Positions 38,399-49,088 of a stretch of 64,000 nucleotides of DNA are shown in pieces. Numbering within the stretch: position 1 is the first letter of the stretch; the number at the start of each line of letters is the position of its first letter. The position numbers were made by a program, and so were the translations under genes. The notes beneath the pieces were generated by a model. It had not been told where the DNA came from and ran no database searches. It worked only from the letters and a program-made list of their open reading frames with translations. Origin of the DNA: an uncultured Alphaproteobacteria bacterium (GTDB taxonomy: Bacteria; Pseudomonadota; Alphaproteobacteria; Micavibrionales; Micavibrionaceae); the NCBI GenBank assembly GCA_963740205.1, contig CAVUDD010000005.1, positions 368,860-432,859 of the forward strand, written 5' to 3'.

Positions 38399-40762
38399 AT
38401 GCTCTCACGTAACCTCGAACAATCTTTACATCGCGCACTATCTACTGCAAATGCCCGCGGACATGAGTATGCAACTTTAGAACATCTATTATTGTCTTTG
38501 ACAGAAGATCAGGATGCAATGGCGGTTTTACGCTCATGTGGAATTATTCTCATCGACCTGCGAGAGCAACTAGAACATTATCTTGATAACGAGTTGGGAT
38601 ATCTTGTTAATAAGGGCGCTGATGAGGCAAAGCCAACAACGGCATTTCAACGTGTTTTACAACGAGCAGCCATTCATGTGCAGTCTTCTGGCCGCGAAGA
38701 AGTAACAGGTGCAAATGTTTTAGTGGCTTTATTCTCGGAGCGTGAAAGTCATGCGGTCTATTTCCTCCAAGAACAGGAAATGACGCGCTTTGATGCCGTA
38801 AATTACATCTCACATGGTATAGCAAAGGTTCCTGGTGCTGCGCCTGTCGCGCGTCCGCCAGAGGGTGTAGATGAGGGCCATGATTTGGGCGGCAAACCTG
38901 ATGGTGCAGGCGATGCTCTCAATTCATATTGTGTGAATTTGAATGATAAAGCTAAATCGGGAAAAATCGATCCTCTGATTGGACGTGAGGAAGAGGTAAA
39001 TAGAACGATTCAGGTTCTGTGCCGTCGTTCAAAAAACAATCCGCTTTATGTAGGTGATCCTGGTGTTGGAAAAACAGCTATAGCAGAGGGGCTTGCCAAA
39101 AAGATTGTTGATCGCGAAGTTCCTGATGTTCTTCTTGAATCCACTATTTACTCTCTGGATATGGGCGTATTATTGGCCGGAACGCGCTATAGAGGTGATT
39201 TTGAAGAGCGCCTTAAATCAGTTATTCAGGAAATACAAGATATTGAACATGCCATCCTGTTTATAGATGAAATCCATACGATTATTGGGGCTGGTGCAAC
39301 GAGTAGTGGGGCAATGGATGCCTCCAATCTTCTTAAGCCTGCACTTGCAAATGGAACAATTAGATGTATTGGGTCAACCACTTATAAAGAGTATCGCAAC
39401 TACTTTGAAAAAGATCGTGCACTTGTGAGGCGTTTCCAGAAAATTGATGTTAAAGAGCCAAGTGTAGATGACACAATTAAAATTTTAGAAGGTTTGCAGA
39501 TATATTTTGAGAGGCATCATAAGGTCGAATACACATCCGAAGCCATTCATGCGGCTGTTGAATTATCCGACCGTTATATTGGCGACCGCAAGCTTCCTGA
39601 TAAGGCAATTGACATTATTGACGAGGTAGGTGCAGCTCAGATGCTTGTACCTGCCGACCAGCGTAAAAAAATTATAACTCTTGAGGATATCGAGGGTGTT
39701 GTTGCAGCCATAGCGCGCATGCCCACAAAAACAGTTACCAAGGATGATAAGGAGCTTCTTGCCAACCTTGAGCGTGATTTGAAAACACTTGTCTTTGATC
39801 AAGATAATGCAATTGATATGTTATCTGACTCTATTAAAATGGCACGCGCAGGACTGCGTGATGTCGAAAAACCTATTGGATCTTATTTGTTCTCTGGCCC
39901 AACTGGAGTAGGTAAAACAGAGGTCGCAAAGCAGCTTTCCAAAACTTTAGGTGTTGAACTTATCCGTTTTGACATGTCCGAATATATGGAACGCCATTCA
40001 ATTGCGCGCTTGATTGGTACACCGCCTGGCTATGTTGGGTTCGATCAAGGTGGATTACTCACTGATCAGGTTGATCAGAATCCACATAGCGTTCTTCTTC
40101 TTGATGAAATCGAAAAGGCTCATCCTGATATTTACAATATACTTCTGCAAGTCATGGATTACGGTAAATTGACTGATAATAATGGGAAAACCATCGATTT
40201 CCGCAATATCATTCTTATCATGACAACCAACGCTGGCGCAGCACAGCTTGCCAAAGCCCCTGTTGGGTTTGAGCGTGAGGTACGTGTCGATGATGACTAC
40301 GAAGAAATTAACCGCGTCTTTTCACCAGAATTCCGTAACAGGTTAGACTCCATAGTTCCGTTTAAAGCTTTGAGTCCCAAAACGGTCGTTAAGGTCGTCG
40401 ATAAATTCATCATGCAACTTGAGGCTCAATTGTCCGAAAAGAATGTTACAATTACATTGCATGACAAGGCGCGCGAATACCTTGCCAAGAAAGGCTATGA
40501 CCCTGCAATGGGTGCGCGTCCTCTTTCTCGTGTCATTCAGGAAAAGATTAAGCGTCGCCTAGCCGAAGAAATCCTATTTGGTGAGCTTTCAGGAAAAGGT
40601 GGAGCTGTGACTATTGATGTCAAAGATAATGAACTGACATTTGAAATAGAGGCAGATGAAGTTAAGCCAGCAAAGAAAACCCCAACTAAGAAAGCTGCAT
40701 CTGCAAAGGCGAGTAAGCCCAAAAAGGGTAAGCCTAAAACGAAAAAAGAAAACGCAAAATAG
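38399..40762 (+). CDS. clpA: ATP-dependent Clp protease ATP-binding subunit ClpA
   Basis: Has a Clp_N domain and two AAA+ modules (GDPGVGKT, GPTGVGKT). It follows clpS. Confidence 0.95.
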   Translation: MLSRNLEQSLHRALSTANARGHEYATLEHLLLSLTEDQDAMAVLRSCGIILIDLREQLEHYLDNELGYLVNKGADEAKPTTAFQRVLQRAAIHVQSSGREEVTGANVLVALFSERESHAVYFLQEQEMTRFDAVNYISHGIAKVPGAAPVARPPEGVDEGHDLGGKPDGAGDALNSYCVNLNDKAKSGKIDPLIGREEEVNRTIQVLCRRSKNNPLYVGDPGVGKTAIAEGLAKKIVDREVPDVLLESTIYSLDMGVLLAGTRYRGDFEERLKSVIQEIQDIEHAILFIDEIHTIIGAGATSSGAMDASNLLKPALANGTIRCIGSTTYKEYRNYFEKDRALVRRFQKIDVKEPSVDDTIKILEGLQIYFERHHKVEYTSEAIHAAVELSDRYIGDRKLPDKAIDIIDEVGAAQMLVPADQRKKIITLEDIEGVVAAIARMPTKTVTKDDKELLANLERDLKTLVFDQDNAIDMLSDSIKMARAGLRDVEKPIGSYLFSGPTGVGKTEVAKQLSKTLGVELIRFDMSEYMERHSIARLIGTPPGYVGFDQGGLLTDQVDQNPHSVLLLDEIEKAHPDIYNILLQVMDYGKLTDNNGKTIDFRNIILIMTTNAGAAQLAKAPVGFEREVRVDDDYEEINRVFSPEFRNRLDSIVPFKALSPKTVVKVVDKFIMQLEAQLSEKNVTITLHDKAREYLAKKGYDPAMGARPLSRVIQEKIKRRLAEEILFGELSGKGGAVTIDVKDNELTFEIEADEVKPAKKTPTKKAASAKASKPKKGKPKTKKENAK

Positions 40763-40866
40763 TTTTAGCACGTATGAGTTAGTCGAGTTCACTATTGCCT
40801 TTTCAGGTGTTTTACGCCATGAGTTATAAGGTTAAAAACTAGAGAGCCTTAAGGCAGAGCATTTTC

Positions 40867-41265
40867 ATGGGTTTATTTTCGGCATTCAGTAATTTGTCGC
40901 CTGTACATATTAACTTCAAAACATTCTTCTCAAGTGCAAAGAAGATTGGGACGGACTCTTTTGGAAACCGTTACTATGAAGGTAAGCCTATAAAGGGATA
41001 TTCGCGTCCGAGACGCTGGGTTATATATAAGGGGAAACCAGAAGCAACCGCCATTCCGCCTGAATGGCATGGCTGGATTCACCACCAAACTAACGTTATT
41101 CCAGAAGAGGGTGAAAAAAGCTTCCGTAGAAAATGGCAGAAGCCCTATACGCCCAATATGACAGGTACGGAAAAAGCCTATCGCCCTAAAGGACATATTC
41201 TTGAAGGTAGGAAAAGGGCAAAGGCAACGGGCGATTACGAAGCTTGGGATCCAAATAGTAAATAA
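40867..41265 (+). CDS. NDUFA12 family (NADH:ubiquinone oxidoreductase 17.2-kDa subunit-like) protein
   Basis: GTDSFGNRYYEGK...RRWVIYKG..EATAIPPEWHGWIHH. Confidence 0.8.
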   Translation: MGLFSAFSNLSPVHINFKTFFSSAKKIGTDSFGNRYYEGKPIKGYSRPRRWVIYKGKPEATAIPPEWHGWIHHQTNVIPEEGEKSFRRKWQKPYTPNMTGTEKAYRPKGHILEGRKRAKATGDYEAWDPNSK

Positions 41266-41284
41266 GATTTAAGAGGGTTATTTT

Positions 41285-41767
41285 ATGAAACAGAATCTAT
41301 TTGAAACAGTTTTGGGAGGCTTTGTTCTTCTTATTGCAATTGTATTTTTGTTCTTCAGTTTACGCGTAGCTGATGTTTCCTCATCATCAAGTGGGTATAC
41401 TATTACTGCTGATTTTTCTGGTATAGGAGGGCTTCAAAAAGGTGACGATGTTCTCATTAGCGGCGTTAAGGTCGGTGCAGTTGAAGGTATAGAACTTCAG
41501 GAAGATAGTTACTTGGCTCGCGTCAGTATGATGGTTAATGATGAAGTAAAAATTCCTGATGACACAGCGGCTTTGATCTCTTCTGAATCACTATTAGGTG
41601 GAAAATATATGCTTCTTGAACCAGGCGCTTCCGATACTTTATTAGAAGAAGGCGGTGCAATTCTCTATACACAAGCTCCACAAAATCTTGAACAATTGCT
41701 TGGTCAGTTTATCTTTAGTGTTCAGAGCGACAAAGGCGATAAAGAAGACACATCTTCTCCAGAATAA
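41285..41767 (+). CDS. mlaD: MlaD-like MCE-domain protein
   Basis: Has an N-terminal transmembrane segment. Y.I.A.F....GL..G..V.ISGVKVG.V matches the MCE pattern. Confidence 0.7.
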   Translation: MKQNLFETVLGGFVLLIAIVFLFFSLRVADVSSSSSGYTITADFSGIGGLQKGDDVLISGVKVGAVEGIELQEDSYLARVSMMVNDEVKIPDDTAALISSESLLGGKYMLLEPGASDTLLEEGGAILYTQAPQNLEQLLGQFIFSVQSDKGDKEDTSSPE

Positions 41768-41776
41768 TAAGTGAAC

Positions 41777-42346
41777 ATGAAATTTTTCCTTACAAGTGTA
41801 TCCAGTTTTTGTATTTTAGGAATAGCTGGAATTCTGTCCCCAGCAAATGCAAAGCCTATATCAACTTGGTATGATTATGAAGGTGTTGAATTGCGCGCCT
41901 TGGATAAAACAACAGCCAGATCAACTACATTCAAGGCTAAAGTAGGACAAACACTTAGATTTGGTGAGATATTTGTAAAAGTTAGGGCGTGCCGTAAACC
42001 CCCTGCCGTAGAAAAAGAAGAATCAGCAACTTTCATTCAGGTATGGGAAAAAGATAAAGAACAAGACGAGTCTCAATGGGTATTTTCAGGATGGATGTTT
42101 GCATCATCTCCTGCACTTTCTGCAATGGATCATCCGATTTATGACGTTTGGGTTTTGTCATGTACTGGCGCAAATCCTGAGCCAGAACCTGAAATAGAAG
42201 AAGAAATTCAGGAAGAATTAAAAGAAGTAAATGGTGAGACTGCTGACGAAGAAAATGTAACGCCGGCGGTAACCGAAGATACAACTTCAGAAACAGATAA
42301 ACTTATTGAAGGGCTTGTCGGGGATGAACCCGAGAGTTTACGCTAA
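41777..42346 (+). CDS. DUF2155 family protein with an acidic C-terminal tail
   Basis: Has a signal peptide. LRALDKTTARSTTFKAKVGQTLRFGEIFVKVRAC is the DUF2155 pattern, in its conserved position after mlaD. Confidence 0.65.
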   Translation: MKFFLTSVSSFCILGIAGILSPANAKPISTWYDYEGVELRALDKTTARSTTFKAKVGQTLRFGEIFVKVRACRKPPAVEKEESATFIQVWEKDKEQDESQWVFSGWMFASSPALSAMDHPIYDVWVLSCTGANPEPEPEIEEEIQEELKEVNGETADEENVTPAVTEDTTSETDKLIEGLVGDEPESLR

Positions 42347-42423
42347 CGACACTTGATTAGAATCAAAAACAATTCATATTATTGGGGTAGATCAATATTT
42401 AAAAACATAGGGAATTTACTGAA

Positions 42424-42744
42424 ATGGCTATAAACGTATCCGACTCCGAATTTGAAAAAGAAGTTTTGAAATCCGACACACCTGTTGTTGTTGATTTTTG
42501 GGCGGAATGGTGTGGGCCATGCAAGGCTATGACACCATTGGTTGATGAGTTATCTCAGGAAATGGGTGACAAAATCAAAGTTGTTAAAGTCAATATAGAT
42601 GAAAATCCTGACGCGCCTACAAAATACGGCGTGAGGGGCATTCCTACGTTTATGGTTTTCAAGGGTGGCGAGGTGGCCGATACACACGTAGGTGGTATGA
42701 GCAAAACTCAGCTTTCCGAGTGGGTAGAAAAGGTTTCAGCGTAA
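42424..42744 (+). CDS. trxA: Thioredoxin
   Basis: VDFWAEWCGPCK active site, 106 aa. Confidence 0.95.
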   Translation: MAINVSDSEFEKEVLKSDTPVVVDFWAEWCGPCKAMTPLVDELSQEMGDKIKVVKVNIDENPDAPTKYGVRGIPTFMVFKGGEVADTHVGGMSKTQLSEWVEKVSA

Positions 42745-42745
42745 A

Positions 42746-43618
42746 GTGTCTCAAATTTTAAAAAATACATCTAAAGCCATGCAATTTTTTTGTATGGCTT
42801 TTCTCTTAGGCTTCTCAACACACGCTATGGCACAAGAGGAAACAGGGGCAGTTGAAACTGTTGCAGAGTCACCGGCGCCAAGCCCTAAATATGCACTCAT
42901 CGAGCTATTTACTGCACAATCATGCGTCTTTTGTCAGGATGCAGATGAGATTCTTGAGTCGCTTTCAAATATTCAGGGTGTGACAACTATTGCTTGCCAC
43001 GTTGATTATTACCCTGCCGATACAGACCCGTTGGCAAATGAGTATTGTACGGAGCGGCAGAAAGATTATTTGAAATCCAAGGGTGTGAAACATATTTATA
43101 CCCCGCACTTCGTGGTGGATGGACAATATTTTGTTGAGGCTAAACGTATAGAAATAGAGAAAATTATTCAGAAGACTGATAGAGAGCCAATCACAAATCT
43201 CACTATTGAGGCAAAAGATTCACCTACTTATTTCGTCGCATTGCCAGATATGACAGATATGTTGAGTGCTGGTAAACCAGCTCGCGTTCTTCTATTTGGC
43301 GTTAATGAGCCTGTAAAATCTTCGCGAGGTAATTTTGAAATGAAAAATGCGGCCTCTCAATATGGATTGCTTACCGAATGGGATGGCGCACCAAAGGATA
43401 TCCAGTTTGATTTGGCAAACGACAAGGATATGGAGCGTCTTGTTGTTATGGTGCAGGCCGAGGATTTAAGGATTCTCGCAACAGGCGAAAAAATGTTGAA
43501 CGAGGCTCAAACGACGCTTGAAAATCCTTATGAGGACATTGTAAACCCACCTGTTTCAGACGAAGTGAAGCGCTCTGAAGGTTTGCCAGTTCCTGAGGGG
43601 GCAGAACCTACGGAATAG
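42746..43618 (+). CDS. DUF1223 family protein (thioredoxin-like fold)
   Basis: LIELFTAQSCVFCQDAD...CHVDYY...YTPHFVVDG. Confidence 0.7.
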   Translation: MSQILKNTSKAMQFFCMAFLLGFSTHAMAQEETGAVETVAESPAPSPKYALIELFTAQSCVFCQDADEILESLSNIQGVTTIACHVDYYPADTDPLANEYCTERQKDYLKSKGVKHIYTPHFVVDGQYFVEAKRIEIEKIIQKTDREPITNLTIEAKDSPTYFVALPDMTDMLSAGKPARVLLFGVNEPVKSSRGNFEMKNAASQYGLLTEWDGAPKDIQFDLANDKDMERLVVMVQAEDLRILATGEKMLNEAQTTLENPYEDIVNPPVSDEVKRSEGLPVPEGAEPTE

Positions 43619-43620
43619 TC

Positions 43621-46407
43621 TTAGTGTGCTTCAGCCCAGCTTTTGGCTGTGCCGCTCTCGGCAATTAAGGGAATATCAAAATCCACAACACTTTCCATGA
43701 TTTCCTTGATAAGCGCATCTGTTTTTTCTAACTCGCCATTGGGCACTTCCAATATCAATTCATCATGCACTTGAAGCAAGAGTTTGGCGCCTAAATTTGC
43801 CTCCTCCAATGCCTTTGGAATTTTATTCATCGCCAGTTTCATAATATCTGCGGCTGTGCCTTGCAATGGAGCATTGATCGCTGCACGTTCACTGAAGTTT
43901 CTGCGTGCAGGATTTTTGTCATGAATACTACCTGTGTAACATTTACGTCCAAACCACGTTTTCACAAATCCATTATCACGAGCCTCTGCTTTTTTCTGCT
44001 CCATATAATCTGCAAGCTCTGGAAAGCGTGCAAAGTAAGCCTTGATATAAGAAGCGGCCTCGCCGTTATCAATCCCCAGTTGCTTTGCCAATCCCCACGC
44101 CGAGATACCATAAATAATACCGAAGTTGATTGCTTTAGCTTTGCGACGGACATCGGATGTCATCTCTGCCATAGGCACATCAAAAACTTCCGAGGCTGTA
44201 GCTGCATGAATATCCAGCCCATCTTTGAATGCCTTTTTAAGCTTAGAAATATTTGCAATAACAGCAGCCAATCTCAATTCAATTTGGGAATAGTCAATGG
44301 ATAGTAATGTGTGTTCATCATCTGCAATGAAGGCAGTACGAATCTCGCGCCCCTCTTGTGTTCGTATGGGAATATTCTGAAGGTTGGGGTCGCTTGAGGA
44401 TAGGCGCCCTGTACTTGTGCCAGCCATGTGGAATGATGTATGTACGCGCCCTGTATGCGGATTAATTTCATTTTGCAGAGAGTCCGTATATGTACTTTTT
44501 AATTTGGAAAGTGATCTAAATTCCAGAATTTTTTGAACAAGTTCATTCCCGTTATCGGCTAGTTGTTCAAGAACATCTACAGAAGTTGACCAGTCACCTG
44601 TTTTGGTTTTCTTGCCACCCTCAAGGCCCATTTCATCAAACAAAACCTGACCCAACTGTTTGGGTGAGGCGACATTAAATTCATGTCCTGATAGTTTATA
44701 AATTTCCTGTTCGACCTCAATGATACGTTTGCCGAAACGCGTACTCATTTCCTTGAGAATTTGTGGGTCAACCTTGATTCCATTTAATTCCATTTGCGCG
44801 ATAACAGGAATAAGTGGGCGTTCAATGTTTTCGTATACGCTCATCATTTTTTCTGCAGCTAAACGAAGCTTTAAAGTATGCCAGAGACGTAATGTGATAT
44901 CTGCATCTTCAGCTGCATACTCGGTGGCTTTATCAAGTGGGACTTGTGCAAACGTGATTTGAGATTTACCTGTACCAGCAACTTCCTTGTACGGGATGGG
45001 CGCATGATCAAGGTACATTTTTGAAAGCTCATCCATACCATTGGAGTGCGAACTCCCATCCAGCACATAGGAAATCAGCATAGTGTCATCAAGCGCTTGC
45101 GGATATATGCCATGTTTCATAAACATCTGAAGGTCGTATTTAATATTTTGACCGATTTTAAGAACCGATGGATCTTCCAGTAGAGGTTTCAAAAGAGCAA
45201 GAGCGCGATCAAATGGAATTTGCTTGATATCACCATCATTCATACTACCGAAAAGATCACCTGATCCCGAACCATGTGCCAGAGGAATATAGGCGGCCTC
45301 ACCAGGTTTAATGCAAAGTGAAATTCCGATTAAATCTGCCTTGGCTGGTGTAAGAGAACTGGTTTCCGTATCAATGGCAAAATGAGGGGCTTTACTGGCA
45401 CGTTCAATCCACACCTTTAATGTCTCTTCATCATCAATGCAAATATATGTGTTGTCTTTGATGGGTGGAAACTTTGGTGAAATTGAGCTTGGCGTATCTG
45501 CATTTTTATTCTTTGCGTCTTCATCATTATCATTATTAAGCGTTATGCCTATGCGCGTTGCGACTGATTTAAAGCCTTGCTCCAAAAGGAATTTATTTAA
45601 TTTATCTGTAAAAGGGTTTTCAAGTTTCAATCCATCAATTGAAATGGGAACGTCGACATTATCATCTAGCCGTACAAGCTGTTTCGAAATACGCGCCATA
45701 TCTGCATTGTCTTGCAGTGTCTCACGTCTTTTATTTTGTTTAATCTCACCAGCACGCTCAAGCAATTCTTCGAGATTACCGTACTCATTAATCAAAAGGG
45801 CCGCCGTTTTCACGCCAATGCCTGGAACGCCTGGAACGTTATCAACTGAGTCACCGGCAAGGGATTGGACATCAACAACCTTATCGGGGGTTACACCAAA
45901 TTTCTTCATCACGTCGCTTTCATCCATGAAGGTTGCTTTCATGGGGTCAAGCATGCGTACGCCTGGACGAATGAGTTGCATAAGGTCTTTGTCCGAAGAC
46001 ACAATGACAACTTCACGCCCCTCGGCCTCAGCAAGTTTAGCATAGGTGGCAATCAGATCATCTGCTTCATAGCCTTCCAATTCCAATGAAGGTAAACCAA
46101 ACGCCTCTGTGGCTTCACGGATAAGAGGAAATTGCGGAATAAGATCTTCGGGTGTCTCGTCACGGTTGGCTTTATACTCGGCATATATATCATTTCTGAA
46201 GTTTTTGCGCTGGGCATCAAAAATAACAGCGACTGCCCCTGCCTCGAAATCCTTAAGGAGTTTCACAAACATATTGGTGAACCCAAGGACTGCACCGACA
46301 GGTGTCCCGTCTTTGCGAGTTAGAGGTGGAAGTGCGTGATAGGCACGGAATATAAATCCCGAACCATCAACCAGATAGAGTGCGTCTGAGGTGTCCTTTT
46401 TTGTCAT
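43621..46407 (-). CDS. polA: DNA polymerase I
   Basis: Has the 5'-nuclease N-terminus (LYLVDGSGFIFRAYHA), a 3'-5' exonuclease domain and the polymerase motifs (DYSQIELR, QVHDELILE). The likely start is ATG 46407. Confidence 0.95.
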   Translation of the reverse strand: MTKKDTSDALYLVDGSGFIFRAYHALPPLTRKDGTPVGAVLGFTNMFVKLLKDFEAGAVAVIFDAQRKNFRNDIYAEYKANRDETPEDLIPQFPLIREATEAFGLPSLELEGYEADDLIATYAKLAEAEGREVVIVSSDKDLMQLIRPGVRMLDPMKATFMDESDVMKKFGVTPDKVVDVQSLAGDSVDNVPGVPGIGVKTAALLINEYGNLEELLERAGEIKQNKRRETLQDNADMARISKQLVRLDDNVDVPISIDGLKLENPFTDKLNKFLLEQGFKSVATRIGITLNNDNDEDAKNKNADTPSSISPKFPPIKDNTYICIDDEETLKVWIERASKAPHFAIDTETSSLTPAKADLIGISLCIKPGEAAYIPLAHGSGSGDLFGSMNDGDIKQIPFDRALALLKPLLEDPSVLKIGQNIKYDLQMFMKHGIYPQALDDTMLISYVLDGSSHSNGMDELSKMYLDHAPIPYKEVAGTGKSQITFAQVPLDKATEYAAEDADITLRLWHTLKLRLAAEKMMSVYENIERPLIPVIAQMELNGIKVDPQILKEMSTRFGKRIIEVEQEIYKLSGHEFNVASPKQLGQVLFDEMGLEGGKKTKTGDWSTSVDVLEQLADNGNELVQKILEFRSLSKLKSTYTDSLQNEINPHTGRVHTSFHMAGTSTGRLSSSDPNLQNIPIRTQEGREIRTAFIADDEHTLLSIDYSQIELRLAAVIANISKLKKAFKDGLDIHAATASEVFDVPMAEMTSDVRRKAKAINFGIIYGISAWGLAKQLGIDNGEAASYIKAYFARFPELADYMEQKKAEARDNGFVKTWFGRKCYTGSIHDKNPARRNFSERAAINAPLQGTAADIMKLAMNKIPKALEEANLGAKLLLQVHDELILEVPNGELEKTDALIKEIMESVVDFDIPLIAESGTAKSWAEAH

Positions 46408-46446
46408 GATGACCCACACTATAGAGACGTGCGCGCCAACACAATA

Positions 46447-47247
46447 TCAGGATGAGGTTACAGCGTAAAAACTCACAGCTGCGGCATTGGAGACATTAAT
46501 TGAGGGGAGTTCCCCAAGCATTTCCAATCTGGCCACTTTGTTGCACGCATCTTTCACGGATGGACGAAGTCCAGGACCTTCTGCGCCCATAACAAGCAAG
46601 CATTTCTTTAAACCTTTGGCGGCCTCACCAATAGTTTCCTCTCCACGCTCATCAAGTGCAATACAAGTGTAACCGTGATCCCTGAATGTCTCTATGGCAC
46701 GAGAGAGGTTGATTTCCGTGGCAACGGGTAAATATTCCACTGCCCCGCACGCGACCTTGGCAAGTGCTCCGTCAATGGTGGGTGCAAAGCGTGTCTGCAT
46801 GACAAGTCCAGCCAAACCAAATGCGGCACCTGATCTCATAATTGCACCAACATTATGTGGGTCGGTCACATGATCAAGCATAACAAAGACTGATTTTTCG
46901 TTTTTTCTCTCGCGGATAATCAAATCCATGGCGCTAATTTCGGGTAAATCATTGGTAAGGGCAGCAATACCCTGATGAACGGTATCGGCTCCCAGAGATT
47001 TATCAAGCTCTGCACGCGTTACCATATCGGGGTTCGGACGCTCTAGCCCTGCCTCATAGGCCTCTTTCATCACATCGGCAAAGCCTTCAAGTGCCTTTTC
47101 GGTGATATAGAACTTTTTAAATTTGCGCTTTGGATTCAAAAAAGCTGTGCGCACGGCATGTTGACCAAATAAATTGATTTTATGCTTGGCCGTTTTGGGT
47201 TGTTTCGGCTTTTTTGGGTATTTTGTAAAATTTTTATCGTTTTTCAT
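46447..47247 (-). CDS. rlmB: TrmH-family 23S rRNA 2'-O-methyltransferase (RlmB-like)
   Basis: DHVTDPHNVGAIMRSGAAFG...GAEGPGLR...SINVSNAAAV. The alternative GTG start is at 47268. Confidence 0.7.
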   Translation of the reverse strand: MKNDKNFTKYPKKPKQPKTAKHKINLFGQHAVRTAFLNPKRKFKKFYITEKALEGFADVMKEAYEAGLERPNPDMVTRAELDKSLGADTVHQGIAALTNDLPEISAMDLIIRERKNEKSVFVMLDHVTDPHNVGAIMRSGAAFGLAGLVMQTRFAPTIDGALAKVACGAVEYLPVATEINLSRAIETFRDHGYTCIALDERGEETIGEAAKGLKKCLLVMGAEGPGLRPSVKDACNKVARLEMLGELPSINVSNAAAVSFYAVTSS

Positions 47248-47324
47248 GGGTGATAGTGTTACTCGCACTTGACAGGAAAAGCAAAAACCTTTTTATCTAC
47301 AAGTCGCTATTATTGATTCAGTGT

Positions 47325-47409
47325 GGAGGAGTGGCCGAGTGGTTAAAGGCAGCAGACTGTAAATCTGCCCTCTTAGAGTACGTTGGTTCGAATCCAGCCT
47401 CCTCCACCA
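47325..47409 (+). tRNA. tRNA-Tyr (GTA)
   Basis: 85 nt. The acceptor GGAGGAG pairs with CTCCTCC, followed by A-CCA. The anticodon loop is CTGTAAA, and there is a long variable arm. Confidence 0.9.
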
Positions 47410-47615
47410 TTTTTCTAAATTCCCTATATAATATATGTCGCGCTACAAGGGGTCTTAAAAGGCTAAGTGATATTAAGCGATTTAATGCTCAAATTATTTA
47501 AGACCAAGGTTTAATGGGAATCAGGAAGATTTTTTAATCTTTCTTGTAAAGAAACGCTTGATTTTTAGTGTGGTTACCTATTATAAAGCACTGTCTTTAA
47601 GGCAACATCTCTTGC

Positions 47616-47691
47616 GTCCCGTTCGTCTAGAGGCCTAGGACACCGCCCTTTCACGGCGGCAACACGGGTTCGAATCCCGTACGGGACGCCA
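47616..47691 (+). tRNA. tRNA-Glu (TTC)
   Basis: 76 nt. The acceptor GTCCCGT pairs with ACGGGAC, followed by G-CCA. The anticodon loop is CTTTCAC and the T-loop is GGTTCGAATCC. Confidence 0.9.
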
Positions 47692-47695
47692 ATTA
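47674..47695 (+). repeat. attL core (tRNA-Glu 3' end)
   Basis: ATCCCGTACGGGACGCCAATTA. It is repeated at 59339-59356 minus the 4 nt GACG. Confidence 0.7.
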
Positions 47696-47805
47696 CTTAA
47701 ATTTTACCATCCAATACAATCCAAAAAACACTAGGTAAATCAACGGTTTTAGACTATAATTTGTCTAAAGGCGTCCGATGCCCTCCACCTAAATCCTAGA
47801 AAAAT

Positions 47806-47853
47806 GGTGGCTTTATTGGTGGCCTTCCAAAATGCAGAAATGTAAAGGCCACC
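47806..47853. repeat. GGTGGC(C/T)TT motif cluster upstream of the integrase: two direct copies plus one inverted copy (putative arm-type/operator sites)
   Basis: GGTGGCTTTATTGGTGGCCTT is at 47806-47826 and AAGGCCACC is at 47845-47853. The latter can pair with 47818-47826, forming a hairpin 4 nt before the int ATG. Confidence 0.5.
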
Positions 47854-47857
47854 AGAA

Positions 47858-49088
47858 ATGAAATTAACAGACCAAAGTTGTAAGTCCGCTAAACCTAAAG
47901 AAAAAACTTATAAAATGGCTGATGGTGGCGGCCTTTATTTCAGAAATTACGCCCAAAGGAAGTAAGTTGTGGCGCCTTAAATACAGGTTTTTGAAAAAGC
48001 AGAAGAAATTATCAATCGGCATATATCCAACTATTACACTTGCAGAGGCTCGTAACCAGCGCGATGAATCCAAGAGACTATTAGCCAATAATCTTGACCC
48101 TGCCGCCATTAAGCAAGAAATTAAGCATAAAATGCATAGTGAGGCCGCCAATACCTTCTCAGTGATTGCCCGTGAATGGTTTGATATAAAAAAGGTTGAA
48201 TGGTCTAAGGCTAATACCGTTCAGATATTAAATCGTTTAGAAAAAGATGTTTTTCCAATTATTGGCAAATATCCTATAAATATGATTACTCATAAAATGC
48301 TTTTAGACCTAGCACATAACGTTAAGGAACGAGGCGCTCATGAATTAGCTAAGCGTATCATTCAAATGTCTGTTCATATTTTTCGCTATGCAATTGTAAC
48401 AGGCAGAGCAGACAAAAATATTGCCGAAGATCTAAAGGGAATGGTCAAATCTGAACCCAAAAGCCATTTTGCGGCCATTGAAGCAAAGGAATTACCTGAG
48501 TTTATATCAGACTTGCGCAATCATAAAGCACGCCTCAACCATCAAACTTACTTAGCCGTAAACTTTATGATGCTTACTTTCGTTCGCACGAGCGAAATGA
48601 TCAAAGCTGAATGGAATGAATTTGATTTTGCAAATAGAGTATGGCTTATTCCTGCTCGCCGCATGAAAATGAATAAAGACCATATCGTGCCTTTATCACG
48701 CCAAGTAATAGCCATGTTAGAGGAATTAAGAGAGATTCATCATCACCCTAAATACGTTTTTCCTAGTCGCATAAACAGGGATAACCACATGAGTAATAAC
48801 ACTGTTCTTATGGCCATAAAGCGAATGGGGTATGCAGGACGCATGACTGGACACGGCTTTCGTGCGCTGGCTATGAGTACCATCATGGAGAAATTAGGGT
48901 ACAGACATGAGGTGCCTGATGCACAGCTTGCACATGCGAAAAAGGGGGATGTGGCAAGAGCCTATGATAGAGCCAAATTTTTAGAAGAGCGCACTTTAAT
49001 GATGCAGGAATGGGCTGATTATCTCGATAACATTGCACAAGGTGGAACAGTAATTAGTGGTAATTTTACAAGAAAAAAGAAGGCTTAA
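47858..49088 (+). pseudogene. int: P4-type tyrosine integrase (DUF4102 N-terminus), one frameshift near 47930-47945
   Basis: ATG 47858 gives MKLTDQSCKSAKPKEKTYKMADGGGL and then stops. The protein continues in ORF 47922..49088 (...SEITPKGSKLWRLKYRF...HGFRA...LAHAKKGDVARAYDR). Confidence 0.85.

Noticed and set aside
47250-47501. 83-aa ORF from the track.
   Set aside because: It reads straight through tRNA-Tyr (47325-47409), so it is an artefact of the open frame.
47558-47586. TTGATT-N17-TTATAA promoter-like pair about 30 nt upstream of tRNA-Glu.
   Set aside because: It is plausible, but such hexamers are frequent in AT-rich spacers, and with no transcript evidence it is not reported as a feature.
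47864-48151. 95-aa minus-strand ORF.
   Set aside because: It is antisense to the well-supported integrase gene and has no independent signals.
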